Shown piece after piece: positions 19,018 through 29,570 of a stretch of 46,138 nt of DNA. The stretch's first letter is position 1; every line of letters begins with the position of its first letter. The notes under the pieces are model-generated. The model ran no database searches and was not told the DNA's origin. It saw only the letters and a program-made list of their open reading frames with translations. Position numbers and translations under genes: made by a program. Source of the stretch: Rhodobacteraceae bacterium UBA996 (GTDB lineage Bacteria > Pseudomonadota > Alphaproteobacteria > Rhodobacterales > Rhodobacteraceae); the NCBI GenBank assembly GCA_002291955.1, contig DBBA01000344.1:2109-48246 (forward strand), read 5' to 3'.

Positions 19018-19963
19018 CGCCTGCCTCGGGGGATGCTCCCGCCGTCGGCGCGTCGGCCCCGGGCGCTTCGGCCACGGGCGGCCCGATCACTCCGGTGGCC
19101 ACCGCGGGCGGCGGGATCAGTGCGCCCGGATCCCGGATCGGTTCGGCCTGATGGCTGCGCAGGACACGCAGGAAATCGAGCCGCGCGTAATCCGCCGCCA
19201 GTGCCACCCGCGGACGGCGGTCGGTGCCCGATGCCACCTGACCCACCAGCACACCCGCCGGGAACAGCCCGCCGTCCCCGGAACTGACCACACGGTCGCC
19301 CGGGCGCACGTCCTCGGGGCGCTCGATGAATTCCAGAAGCGGCATGGGTCCGGTGTCACCCGTCAGGATTGCCCGCTGGCCCGACGGCTGGATCGTCACC
19401 GGCACCCGGCTGGCCGTGTCAGTCAGCAGCACCACGCGCGAGGTTGTCTGCCCAACGCCCGAGATGCGGCCCACCAGCCCAAGCCCGTCCACCGTGGCCC
19501 AGCCGTCCAGGATGCCATCGCGCGCCCCCACGTTCAGAAGGACGGACTGCCGGAACGGCGACCCGGAATCTGCCAGGACGACCCCGGTGACGAAGGTCAG
19601 CTCCGGGTCGAGCCGGACCGAATTCAGGTCCAGAAGCCGCGCGTTGCGCTGTTCCAGCTGCAACGCCGCCTCTCGCCAGGCGCGCATCTGGCGCAACTCG
19701 CGGCGCAGCTCCTGGTTCTGCTCGTGCAGGCGCGCGTAGCTTTCGAAACCCTCGAACATCTGGATGACCCGCGCCACCGGCAGCAGCGCCCAGTCCATCC
19801 GCGGCACCACGGCGTCGATGACCTCGGCCCGGATGCGTTCGACGCGCGGACTGTCGATCCGCCAGACCGCGAACATCAAGAGGCACGCGATCACAACCAC
19901 CGCCACCACGATGCGGCGGACCGGTCGGGTGTAGTCCTCGGCGTTCGCCTTGTCGCGGGCCAC
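19010..19963 (-). CDS. mreC: rod shape-determining protein MreC
   Basis: N-terminal TM segment, a coiled coil (ENQELRRELRQ), beta-rich domains and a Pro/Ala-rich tail. GTG start preceded by GGGGAA. Confidence 0.9.
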   Translation of the reverse strand: MARDKANAEDYTRPVRRIVVAVVVIACLLMFAVWRIDSPRVERIRAEVIDAVVPRMDWALLPVARVIQMFEGFESYARLHEQNQELRRELRQMRAWREAALQLEQRNARLLDLNSVRLDPELTFVTGVVLADSGSPFRQSVLLNVGARDGILDGWATVDGLGLVGRISGVGQTTSRVVLLTDTASRVPVTIQPSGQRAILTGDTGPMPLLEFIERPEDVRPGDRVVSSGDGGLFPAGVLVGQVASGTDRRPRVALAADYARLDFLRVLRSHQAEPIRDPGALIPPPAVATGVIGPPVAEAPGADAPTAGASPEAGDG

Positions 19964-20027
19964 TGGCGGTTCCCCGAAGTCAGGCAGCCCCCGTCATGCA
20001 GCCGGGAACCGCCGATGTCATCGTCGG

Positions 20028-21699
<1,672 letters not shown>

Positions 21700-21714
21700 G
21701 GTGCCCGCAGCCGG

Positions 21715-22764
21715 TCAATACGGCAAGGGATGGGCGCGATGGATGGCCTCGATTCCTGCCAGCACCTCCTGCGGCAGGGTCAGTCGGGTTGCGGGCAACT
21801 GCGCCTGAAGCTGTTCCAGCGTCGTGGCGCCAAGGATCGGGATGACAGGGAAAGGCCGGGTGCGCAGCCAGGCCAGCGCCATCTGCACGGGGTCGAGGCC
21901 GTGTGTCCGCGCCAGCGCGTGGTAGGCGTCCGTCGCCGCCAGCGCCCGGGCCGTCATCCGCCCCGACAGCCCCGGGTTCAGGTCGCCCCGACTGGCCTTG
22001 GGCACCGCACCGCCCGCGTACTTGCCCGTCAGGATGCCCGCGGCGAGCGGCGAATAGGCCAGGCACACGACCTCCTCGTTCACCGCCATCTCCGCCATGT
22101 CGGTGTCGTACAGGCGGCAAAGAAGCGAGTATTCGTTCTGCACCGCCACCACGCGCGGGGCCCCCGTGGCGGCTGCCCGGTCGATCCAGCGGGTGGTGCC
22201 CCAGCACGTCTCGTTCGACAGGCCGAAGGCGCGGATCTTGCCTGCCGCGGCAAGGTCGGCCACGGCGCCCAGCACGTCGTCCATGTGCGCGAGCGTCGCG
22301 TCGCGGTCCTGGCGCGAGGGGTCGTAGGTCCAGGTCTGCCGGAAATGGTAGGATCCCCGCATCGGCCAGTGCAACTGGTACAGGTCGATCCGGTCGGTGT
22401 TCAGGCGGAGCAGCGAGTCCTCGACCGCCGCGCGCACCGTGGCCCCGTCGAACCCTGCGCCGTCGCGCACCGCCCGCTGGCCCGGGCCGGTCACCTTGGT
22501 CGCGATCACGATGCGGTCGCGGTTGCCGCCGCGGCGCAGCCATTCGCCGATCACCCGCTCGCTGGCGCCCGCGGTCTCGGCCCGGACGGGGTTCGTGGGA
22601 TACATCTCGGCCGTGTCGATCAGGTCGATCCCGGCATCGAGGGCCGCGTCGATCTGCGACAGACCGTCGTCCATCGGGGTCTGGTTGCCCCAGGTCATGT
22701 TGCCAAGGCTGAACGCGCTGACCGTCAGGTCGCCGCTTCCGTTGCCCAGGGTAATGCGTTCCAT
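21715..22764 (-). CDS. NADP-dependent aldo/keto reductase (Tas-like)
   Basis: Contains IDTAEMYP, LYQLHWP and VQNEYSLL motifs. ATG at 22764; the much longer ORF-track frame was rejected. Confidence 0.88.
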   Translation of the reverse strand: MERITLGNGSGDLTVSAFSLGNMTWGNQTPMDDGLSQIDAALDAGIDLIDTAEMYPTNPVRAETAGASERVIGEWLRRGGNRDRIVIATKVTGPGQRAVRDGAGFDGATVRAAVEDSLLRLNTDRIDLYQLHWPMRGSYHFRQTWTYDPSRQDRDATLAHMDDVLGAVADLAAAGKIRAFGLSNETCWGTTRWIDRAAATGAPRVVAVQNEYSLLCRLYDTDMAEMAVNEEVVCLAYSPLAAGILTGKYAGGAVPKASRGDLNPGLSGRMTARALAATDAYHALARTHGLDPVQMALAWLRTRPFPVIPILGATTLEQLQAQLPATRLTLPQEVLAGIEAIHRAHPLPY

Positions 22765-22836
22765 GCCGGTGTCCCCTGCCCGCTGTGTCACGGGGTGGGA
22801 TAGCGTCTCCAAGGATGCGGGCAACCGCGGTATTGA

Positions 22837-22851
22837 GAACATAAAGTGAAC
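22837..22851 (+). promoter_or_regulatory. candidate LexA (SOS) box GAAC-N7-GAAC upstream of imuA
   Basis: The sequence GAACATAAAGTGAAC ends 17 nt before the imuA ATG. It matches the alphaproteobacterial direct-repeat LexA operator (GTTC-N7-GTTC and its complement). Confidence 0.7.
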
Positions 22852-22867
22852 ATGATAGGGTGGCCGC

Positions 22868-23626
22868 ATGAATTTCCGCGCTGCCGACCTGCCTGTCGCC
22901 CTTGCCACCGTGGTCCGCGCCCCGCGTCCCGGTCTGGTCCCCTTTGCCGCCGGGGCCGCGGCCGATGCGCCGCGGCTGGCTGCGGGACAGGTGCACGAGG
23001 CGACGGGCAGCGCGCGCGCGACCTTTGCCGTCGCGCTGGCGGGCAGCATCCCGCAGCAGGGGCCGCAGGATGGACCGGTCCTGTGGATCCGCCCGGCCTG
23101 GTCGCCCGACCGGCTGCACCCCGACGGGATGCGGCCGCTTGTCGATCCGGGGCGGTTCCTGTTCGTCGATGCGCCGCGCGACGCCGACCTTCTGTGGTGC
23201 ATGGAGGAGGCGCTGCGGTCGGGCCAGGTGCCGCTGGTCATCGCCGACCTGCCCGCGGTGCCTGGCCTGACGGCGGTGCGGCGGCTGACGCTGGCGGCCG
23301 AGGCAGGCGCGGCGCTTCCGGGGGCTGCGGGCTGCATGGCGCCCTCCGGGCTGATCCTGACCCCGGGCCAGGGCGGTGCGCCGGGGGTCGAGACGCGCTG
23401 GCGGATGGATGCCGACCATGCCGCCGCGCCCGGCTGGCGGCTGGAGCGCCAGCGCGCGCGCATGGTCCCGCCCGCCGCGTTCCGCGTGGTGCCCGGGCAG
23501 GATGGCCGTCTGCGGATCGACGCGGACAGGGCATCCGGTGCCGGGCAGGGGGCGGAAGGGCAGGGGGCTCTGCCCCCCGGACCCACCGGTGCGGGCCTTC
23601 CCCCAGAGGTGCGTGGGCACGCATGA
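22868..23626 (+). CDS. imuA: ImuA-like SOS mutagenesis protein (RecA/SulA-like)
   Basis: 252 aa with ImuA-like blocks (VHEATG...FAVALAG, VLWIRP, LWCMEEALRSGQVPLVIAD). A LexA box lies directly upstream and imuB lies 2 kb downstream. Confidence 0.75.
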   Translation: MNFRAADLPVALATVVRAPRPGLVPFAAGAAADAPRLAAGQVHEATGSARATFAVALAGSIPQQGPQDGPVLWIRPAWSPDRLHPDGMRPLVDPGRFLFVDAPRDADLLWCMEEALRSGQVPLVIADLPAVPGLTAVRRLTLAAEAGAALPGAAGCMAPSGLILTPGQGGAPGVETRWRMDADHAAAPGWRLERQRARMVPPAAFRVVPGQDGRLRIDADRASGAGQGAEGQGALPPGPTGAGLPPEVRGHA

Positions 23627-23732
23627 CGGAGCGGCTGCCCGACGGCGGGTGACACCGCTGCCGCACACGAAAGCCTGATCGCCGCGGCGCCACCGCCGGT
23701 CTAGAAGACCACAGGACCACCAAAGGCGCCCG

Positions 23733-24299
23733 ATGCGGACCGTCATCCTTGCCCTGAGCCTGACGGTCGCGGCCCTGTCGCCCGCGGTCGCCGACGCCAT
23801 CGCCTACCGCCTTGATCCCGCGGCCTCGACCGTCAGCTTCGGCTACGCGCTGAACGGCGCCCCGCAGCGCGGCACGATGCCCGTGGCTGCCGCCGACATC
23901 GCGCTCGACTTCGACCGGGCGGCGGGCAGCCGGGTGCGCGTCGTCCTGAGCCCCGGCCAGGCCGATGCGGGCAATCCCATCGCCACCGAGGCGATGCGGT
24001 CGCCCGGCGTGCTGGATGCCACCGCGCACCCCGAGATCGTGTTCGCCAGCACCGCGATCCGCGCGGCAGGGCAGGGCGCCCGGGTCGACGGGCAACTCAC
24101 CATCCGCGGTGTCACGCGCGACGTGCAGCTGGTCGCCGACATCTACCGTCCTCCCGGCAGCCGCGACGGCGACCTGTCGCGCCTCACGGTCGTCTTGCGC
24201 GGCGCGGTCAGCCGCGCGGCCTTTGGCGCCGATGGCTTCCCCGACCTTGTGGGTGACACGGTCACGCTCGACATCGTCGCGCGCCTGTCGCGCGAATAG
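23733..24299 (+). CDS. YceI family periplasmic protein
   Basis: Signal peptide plus YceI-like sequence (STVSFGY..., LTIRGVTRDV). Confidence 0.85.
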   Translation: MRTVILALSLTVAALSPAVADAIAYRLDPAASTVSFGYALNGAPQRGTMPVAAADIALDFDRAAGSRVRVVLSPGQADAGNPIATEAMRSPGVLDATAHPEIVFASTAIRAAGQGARVDGQLTIRGVTRDVQLVADIYRPPGSRDGDLSRLTVVLRGAVSRAAFGADGFPDLVGDTVTLDIVARLSRE

Positions 24300-24363
24300 C
24301 TGTCGCGCCGGGATTGACCGCGCCGGACCAAGGGGCGAGGGTCGCGCAACCCGTCCCGGTCCG

Positions 24364-25586
24364 ATGCGCCTGATCATCCCCTTCGCCGCCCTGTTCGCGT
24401 CCGTCGTGCTGTTGCAGCTTGGCGCTGGCGGGCTGGCGCCGCTCGATGCGATCTCGGGGCTGGCGCTGGGGTTTTCCACTGCTCAGGTGGGCCTTCTGGG
24501 GTCGGCGCATTTCCTCGGGTTCTTCCTGGGCTGCTGGGTCGCGCCGCGGCTGATGGGATCGGTCGGCCATGCCCGCGCCTTTGCCGGGTTTGTCGCGATG
24601 GGCACCATCGGTACGCTCGCGCACATGATGATCCCCGACCCCATCGCCTGGGCCGTCATGCGGATGATGGCGGGGGCCTGCGCGGCGGGGGCCTTCACGG
24701 TGATCGAGGCGTGGTTGCAGGCGCAAGTCACGAACGACACGCGGGGTCGCACGATGGGCGTCTACCGGGTGGTGGACATCGGCGGGTCGCTGTCGGCGCA
24801 GCTGGTGATCGCGCTGCTGCCACCCGCGGAATACGTCAGCTACAACGTGCTGGCGCTCTTGACCTGCGCCGCGCTGTTCCCGGTCACGCTCAGCCGCGTC
24901 GAGCAGCCGGAAACTCCCGCCGCGCCCCGCCTGCGCCCCGGCATGGCCTGGGCGAAGTCGCCGCTGGCCGTGGCGGGCGTGGTGGTGTCGGGCGTCACGG
25001 GGGCGGCCTTCCGCATGGTCGGGCCGGTCTATGGCGTGCAGGTCGGGCTGGCGACCGAGGCCATCGCGCTGTTCCTGGCCGCCTATGTGCTGGGGGGGCG
25101 CTGGCGCAGTATCCGGCGGGCTGGCTTTCCGACCGGTTCGACCGGCGCTGGGTGCTGATCTGGTTCTCGGCCGCGTCGGTCCTGGCCTGTGCGGTGATGG
25201 TCGCGGGCGGCGGCATGGGCGGCATGGCGGTCTGGCTTGCCGCGATCCTGTTCGGGGCGACGACCTTCCCGATCTACTCGATCTCGGCCGCGCACGCCCA
25301 TGACCATGTCACCACCGCGGAACGGGTGGAACTCTCGGCGGCGCTGATGTTCCTCTATGCGGTGGGCGCCATCGGGGCACCCTATGCGGCCTCGGTCCTG
25401 ATCGAGGGGTTTGGGCCGGCGTCGATGTTCTGGATGGTGTCCGTCGCCCATGTGGCGCTGGTGGTGTTCGGGTTGATCCGCATGCGCGCGCGCCCCTCGC
25501 TCGGGGCCCGGACGCGGTTCGTGGCGGCCCCCCGGCAGAGCTTCCTGGTCGGCTGGCTGACAGGCCGGTTGCGCGACCGCGACTGA
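24364..25586 (+). pseudogene. MFS transporter interrupted by a 1-nt frameshift in a G7 tract
   Basis: The MFS-like N-terminal half is in frame 1 (24364 to about 25098). The C-terminal half (ALAQYPAGWLSDRFDRRWVL...) is in frame 0, ending at 25586. The frames join at the G run at 25092-25098, and one extra G would restore a single ORF of about 407 aa. Confidence 0.75.
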
Positions 25587-25642
25587 CCCCCGGGCGCGCG
25601 ACCGGACGGGACTCGACTCGGGTCGGGCAACGCCCTAGACCG

Positions 25643-25657
25643 GAACATATCAGGAAC
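25643..25657 (+). promoter_or_regulatory. candidate LexA (SOS) box GAAC-N7-GAAC upstream of imuB
   Basis: The sequence GAACATATCAGGAAC ends 13 nt before the imuB ATG. It has the same architecture as the box at 22837. Confidence 0.7.
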
Positions 25658-25670
25658 AAACCTGCCCATC

Positions 25671-27353
25671 ATGCCGTCGCATCCCGCCCGCCGCATCCTG
25701 TCCCTGTGGTTCCCGCGCCTGGGCGCCGAGCGGCTGGTGCGGGCGGGGGCGGGGTCCGCGGACACGCCCTTTGCTACGGTGGCCGAGGTGGGCAACACGC
25801 GCGTTCTGGCGTCGCTCACCGCTGCGGCGTCCGCCGCGGGGCTGGCGCGCGGGCAACCCCTGCGCGATGCCTTCGCGCTGTGCCCGGGGCTTGTCACCCG
25901 CCCCGCCGACCCCGCGCGCGAGGCGGCGTTCCTGTCCGCGCTGCGCCGCTGGGCGGGGCGGTTCAGCCCCTGGGTGGCCGAGGAGGCGCCCGACGGGCTG
26001 GTGATCGACCTGACCGGCTGCGCGCATCTGTGGGGCGGCGAGGCGGCGCTGGTGGCCGAAGTCATGGGTGACTGCGCCGATCTGGGTCTGACGGTGTGCC
26101 CGGGGCTGGCCGATACGCTGGGCGCAGCCTGGGCGCTGGCGCGGTATGCCGGGCAGGGGGTGGCGCCCGCCCGCAGCGGCGATGCCATCGACCAGGAGGC
26201 CCACGCGACCCGGTCCCGCGCGGCAAAGCGCCACCGCTGGGAACGGGGTGGCACACCGCTTCGCGGTGGGGTGTCCGCTGCGGCAGGGCGCATCTGTCCG
26301 CCAGGAGGGACCGGTGCTGCACTGGCCCCCCTGCCCATTGCCGCCCTGCGGGTCGACGAGGCGACCGTGGCCGCGCTGGCGCAGGTGGGCCTGCGCCGGG
26401 TGGGGGACCTGACGGGCATGCCGCGGGCGGCACTGGCCCGGCGCTACGGGCTGCACCTGATCCGCCAGCTTGACCGCGCCACCGGGGCCGAGCCCGAGCC
26501 CGTCGCCCCGGCCGAGGCCGAGCGGCCCTTTGCCGTGCGCATGGCCTTTCCCGAACCGATCGGGCTGATGGATGACCTTCTGGCCGCACTCGACCGGCTT
26601 CTGCCCGCCCTGGGGGAACGGTTGCAGGCGCGGGGGCGGGGCGCGCGCACGGTCGAGGTTCAGGCCGGCCGGGTCGATGGCGAGACCGCGGTGGTGCGCG
26701 TGGGGCTGGCACAGGCAACCGCCGATCCCGCCCGCATCCGGCCCTTGCTGGCGATGAAGCTCGACGGGCTTGACGCGGGCTTCGGCTTCGACCGGCTCCG
26801 GCTGGTGGCGGTGCTGACCGAACCCGTCCATGCGCGCCAGCTGGCCGGGCAAGTCGCGGCGACGGATGCGGCCCTGGCCCGCGCCGCGGCCGGGCCGGGA
26901 CTGGACGACCTGATCGGGCGGCTGGGTGCGCGGGTGGGGCTGGAAGCCATCACCCGGATGCACCCGGCCGACAGCCACATCCCCGAGAAGGGCTTTGCCG
27001 TGCTCGCCGCCGCCTGGTCCGATCCGGCGCCCACGCCCTGGCCCTGGCCACCCCGGCCCCGGCCGCTGCTGCTGTGGCGGCCTGAGGCGGTGGCAGCACC
27101 CGACGCGGTGGGCGGGGGCGACGCGCCCCCGCAGCCCGCCCTGTTCCGCTGGCGCGGGCGCGACCACCGCGCGGTGGCGTGGGAGGGGCCGGAACGCCTT
27201 GCGCCCGAGTGGTGGCTCGATGATCCCGACTGGCGGTCCGGGGTGCGCGACTACTGGCAGGTCACCGTCGCCACCGGGGAACGGCTGTGGCTGTTCCACG
27301 CCCACGGGGGCGAGCGGTCGGGCGGCTGGTTCTGCCAGGGGGTGTTTGCGTAA
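25671..27353 (+). CDS. imuB: ImuB-like Y-family DNA polymerase homolog
   Basis: The N-terminus (LSLWFPRLGAERL...LVIDLTGCAHLWGGE) is typical of ImuB. 560 aa with a LexA box upstream. Confidence 0.85.
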   Translation: MPSHPARRILSLWFPRLGAERLVRAGAGSADTPFATVAEVGNTRVLASLTAAASAAGLARGQPLRDAFALCPGLVTRPADPAREAAFLSALRRWAGRFSPWVAEEAPDGLVIDLTGCAHLWGGEAALVAEVMGDCADLGLTVCPGLADTLGAAWALARYAGQGVAPARSGDAIDQEAHATRSRAAKRHRWERGGTPLRGGVSAAAGRICPPGGTGAALAPLPIAALRVDEATVAALAQVGLRRVGDLTGMPRAALARRYGLHLIRQLDRATGAEPEPVAPAEAERPFAVRMAFPEPIGLMDDLLAALDRLLPALGERLQARGRGARTVEVQAGRVDGETAVVRVGLAQATADPARIRPLLAMKLDGLDAGFGFDRLRLVAVLTEPVHARQLAGQVAATDAALARAAAGPGLDDLIGRLGARVGLEAITRMHPADSHIPEKGFAVLAAAWSDPAPTPWPWPPRPRPLLLWRPEAVAAPDAVGGGDAPPQPALFRWRGRDHRAVAWEGPERLAPEWWLDDPDWRSGVRDYWQVTVATGERLWLFHAHGGERSGGWFCQGVFA

Positions 27354-27502
27354 GCCCGGCAGGACGGCGAAGGCGGCGGCACGCGGATCGCCCATCCGAT
27401 ACGGGCGTCCGGCACCCTGGGCGCCTCTCCCTCCCCTGGTGGGAGGGCGATGGGGGGAGGGGGCACCTCCGCGGGAGGAAGCCCCGGTCCCTGATGTTTC
27501 AC

Positions 27503-28744
27503 TCAGACCAGAGCCAGCGCCGCAAGCCGCCGCTTCAGGAACAGCGCCTCGGCCGGGGTGGGCGCCAGGGCGATGGCGGTGGCATAGGCGCTGGCGGCCC
27601 CTGTCCGGTCGCCGGTCATCGCCAGAAGCGCCGCCTGGGCGGCGTGCCACGGCTGGTAGTCGGCCAACGCGCCCGCCAGTCCCTCGACCATCGCGAGGCC
27701 CCGGGCGGGGTCGCCGGCATGGGCCACGGCGACGGCGCCGTTCAGATGCACCACGGGCGTCGGCTCGAACCGCCAGAGCGCGCCGTAAAGCGCCGCGATC
27801 TGCGGCCAGTCGGGGCCACTGTCCGCCATCTGGCAATCGGCGATGGCGGCCTTGATCTGGAAGGGTCCGGGCGCGCGGCGGGCGACGGCGCGGGCAAGGA
27901 TCGCCCGCCCTTCCTCCAGCCGCGCGGCGTCCCACAGGCTGCGGTCCTGGTCGGCGGGCGGCAGGCTGGCGCCGTCCGGGCCGATCCGCGCTGCGCGCCG
28001 GGCTGCGGTCAACAGCATCATCGCCAGCGCGCCCTCGATTTCCGCTTCCTCGGGGCGCAGGCCGTCGATCAGGCGCATCAGGAATTCGGCCTCGCGGCAC
28101 AGGTCGCGGGGCTCGTCCGGTCCCGCCACATAGCCCGTCGTGAAGATCAGGTAGACCGCCGTCAGCACCCCATCCAGCCGTTCCGGCCACAACTCGGGCC
28201 CCGGCACGGCAAAGGGGATGCCCGCCGCGGCGATCTTGGCCTTGGCGCGGCTGATCCGCTGGGCCATCGTGGGTTCCGCGTCCAGGAAGGCGCGGGCGAT
28301 GTCCACCGTGGTCAGCCCGCAGACCGTGCGCAGGGTCAGCGCCACGCGGGATTTCGGTTCCAGCGCCGGGTGGCAGCAGGCGAAGATCAGGCGCAGGCGG
28401 TCGTCGGGGATGTCCTGCGGATCGGGGGCTGCTTCCTCACCGGCCAGATGGGCCAGCGCCTGCGCCTTGCGGGCATCGCGGGTCTGGCCGCGCAGGCGGT
28501 CGATCGCCTTGCGCCGCGCCACCTGCAACAGCCAGCCAGTGGGCGAGGACGGCAGGCCCGACCGGCCCCAGTGCGACAGGGCCGACACGGCGGCCTCCTG
28601 CAGCACCTCTTCCGCCAGCGCCAGGTCGCGCAGACCCGCCGCCAGCACGGCGACCAGCCGCCCCCGGTCGGCCCGCATCACCCGGTCCAGTTCCCTGGAC
28701 ACCGCGATGGCGGCGCCTGCACCGGGGGCGGTCACCACCCTCAT
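27503..28744 (-). CDS. ECF-type RNA polymerase sigma factor with long C-terminal TPR-like extension (ECF42-like)
   Basis: Sigma-70 regions 2 and 4 (WLLQVARRKAIDRLR; LTLRTVCGLTTVDIARAF) are followed by an extension of about 220 aa. ATGA overlap with the upstream YciI gene. Confidence 0.85.
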   Translation of the reverse strand: MRVVTAPGAGAAIAVSRELDRVMRADRGRLVAVLAAGLRDLALAEEVLQEAAVSALSHWGRSGLPSSPTGWLLQVARRKAIDRLRGQTRDARKAQALAHLAGEEAAPDPQDIPDDRLRLIFACCHPALEPKSRVALTLRTVCGLTTVDIARAFLDAEPTMAQRISRAKAKIAAAGIPFAVPGPELWPERLDGVLTAVYLIFTTGYVAGPDEPRDLCREAEFLMRLIDGLRPEEAEIEGALAMMLLTAARRAARIGPDGASLPPADQDRSLWDAARLEEGRAILARAVARRAPGPFQIKAAIADCQMADSGPDWPQIAALYGALWRFEPTPVVHLNGAVAVAHAGDPARGLAMVEGLAGALADYQPWHAAQAALLAMTGDRTGAASAYATAIALAPTPAEALFLKRRLAALALV

Positions 28745-29100
28745 CCCGCCGGGTTGTAGTCCATCAGCGGCCGCACCTCGACCGTGCCGAAGGTGGCCGA
28801 GGGGATCAGCGCGGCATAGGTCAGCGCGGCGTCCAGATCGGGCACGTCGATGACGTAGTAGCCGCCCAGGGTTTCCCGCGTCTCGGCGAAGGGGCCGTCC
28901 ATCGTCTCGGCCTTGCCGCCCCGGATACGCAGGGACGTGGCGGTCTCCACCCCCTGCAGCCCCTCGCCCCCGCGCAGGACGCCGTCGGCCTTCATCCGTT
29001 CGTTGGCGGCGAAGAACCCGCCCATCATCGCGTTGAACTCGGGCGTCCCATAGGCCGGTTCGAGGGCGGGGTCGTTGTAGATCAGAAGCATGTACTGCAT
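28741..29100 (-). CDS. YciI-like (DGPF domain) protein
   Basis: MQYMLLIY N-terminus and DGPFAETRE motif. The ATG at 29100 was chosen over the longer ORF-track start. Confidence 0.85.
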   Translation of the reverse strand: MQYMLLIYNDPALEPAYGTPEFNAMMGGFFAANERMKADGVLRGGEGLQGVETATSLRIRGGKAETMDGPFAETRETLGGYYVIDVPDLDAALTYAALIPSATFGTVEVRPLMDYNPAG

Positions 29101-29113
29101 GGCAGGGGTTCCT

Positions 29114-29506
29114 TCACAGGCCGAGGATGTGGATGGCGATGCAGACCATCGCGTTGAGCGAGGCCAGGAGGTTGGTGCCGTTGCCGACATAGCGCAGCGG
29201 GTGGCCGGCGGTGTCGGGCTTCAGTCCGAACGGGTGCGCGATGCGCCCGATGAGCAGAAGCGCGCCCGAGACGTGCAGCCATGCGGCGGGCGTGCCCATC
29301 CCCTCGGCCAGCATCATCAGGATCAGCACGAAGGTGGTCCATTCCGCGCAGTTGCCGTGCTGGCGGATGCGCTGCAACAGCACCGCGTTGCCGCCGTCGC
29401 CGAACGAGATGTTGTTGGCACCCCGCACCGACGACACGCGGAACCACAGCACCAGATAGATCGCCGCCACGGGCAGCGCGTAGAGGGGGGTTGTCTCGAA
29501 GACCAT
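29114..29506 (-). CDS. MAPEG family membrane protein
   Basis: About 130 aa with 3-4 TM segments. MAPEG-like blocks are present (RIRQHGNCAEWTTFVLILM, GRIAHPFG). ATG at 29506. Confidence 0.75.
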   Translation of the reverse strand: MVFETTPLYALPVAAIYLVLWFRVSSVRGANNISFGDGGNAVLLQRIRQHGNCAEWTTFVLILMMLAEGMGTPAAWLHVSGALLLIGRIAHPFGLKPDTAGHPLRYVGNGTNLLASLNAMVCIAIHILGL

Positions 29507-29543
29507 GTTCGCTCCTTGTCCTTCAGGGTTTCGATACCCCAAG

Positions 29544-29570
29544 GACGCCGGAGGATTGCGGTTCTCGACA
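29544..29570 (-). promoter_or_regulatory. candidate ECF42-type promoter (TGTCGA-N17-CGTC) upstream of the MAPEG-YciI-sigma operon
   Basis: On the minus strand, TGTCGA (29570-29565) is followed after 17 nt by CGTC (29547-29544), about 40 nt upstream of the MAPEG start. The match to the reported ECF42 target motif is from memory and needs checking. Confidence 0.35.

Noticed and set aside
27287-28759. 490-aa plus-strand ORF with a GGGAGGAAG sequence upstream of an internal ATG at 27494.
   Set aside because: It is entirely antisense to the ECF sigma gene, which has clear region 2 and 4 motifs. The SD-like sequence belongs to the GGGAGG hairpin element.
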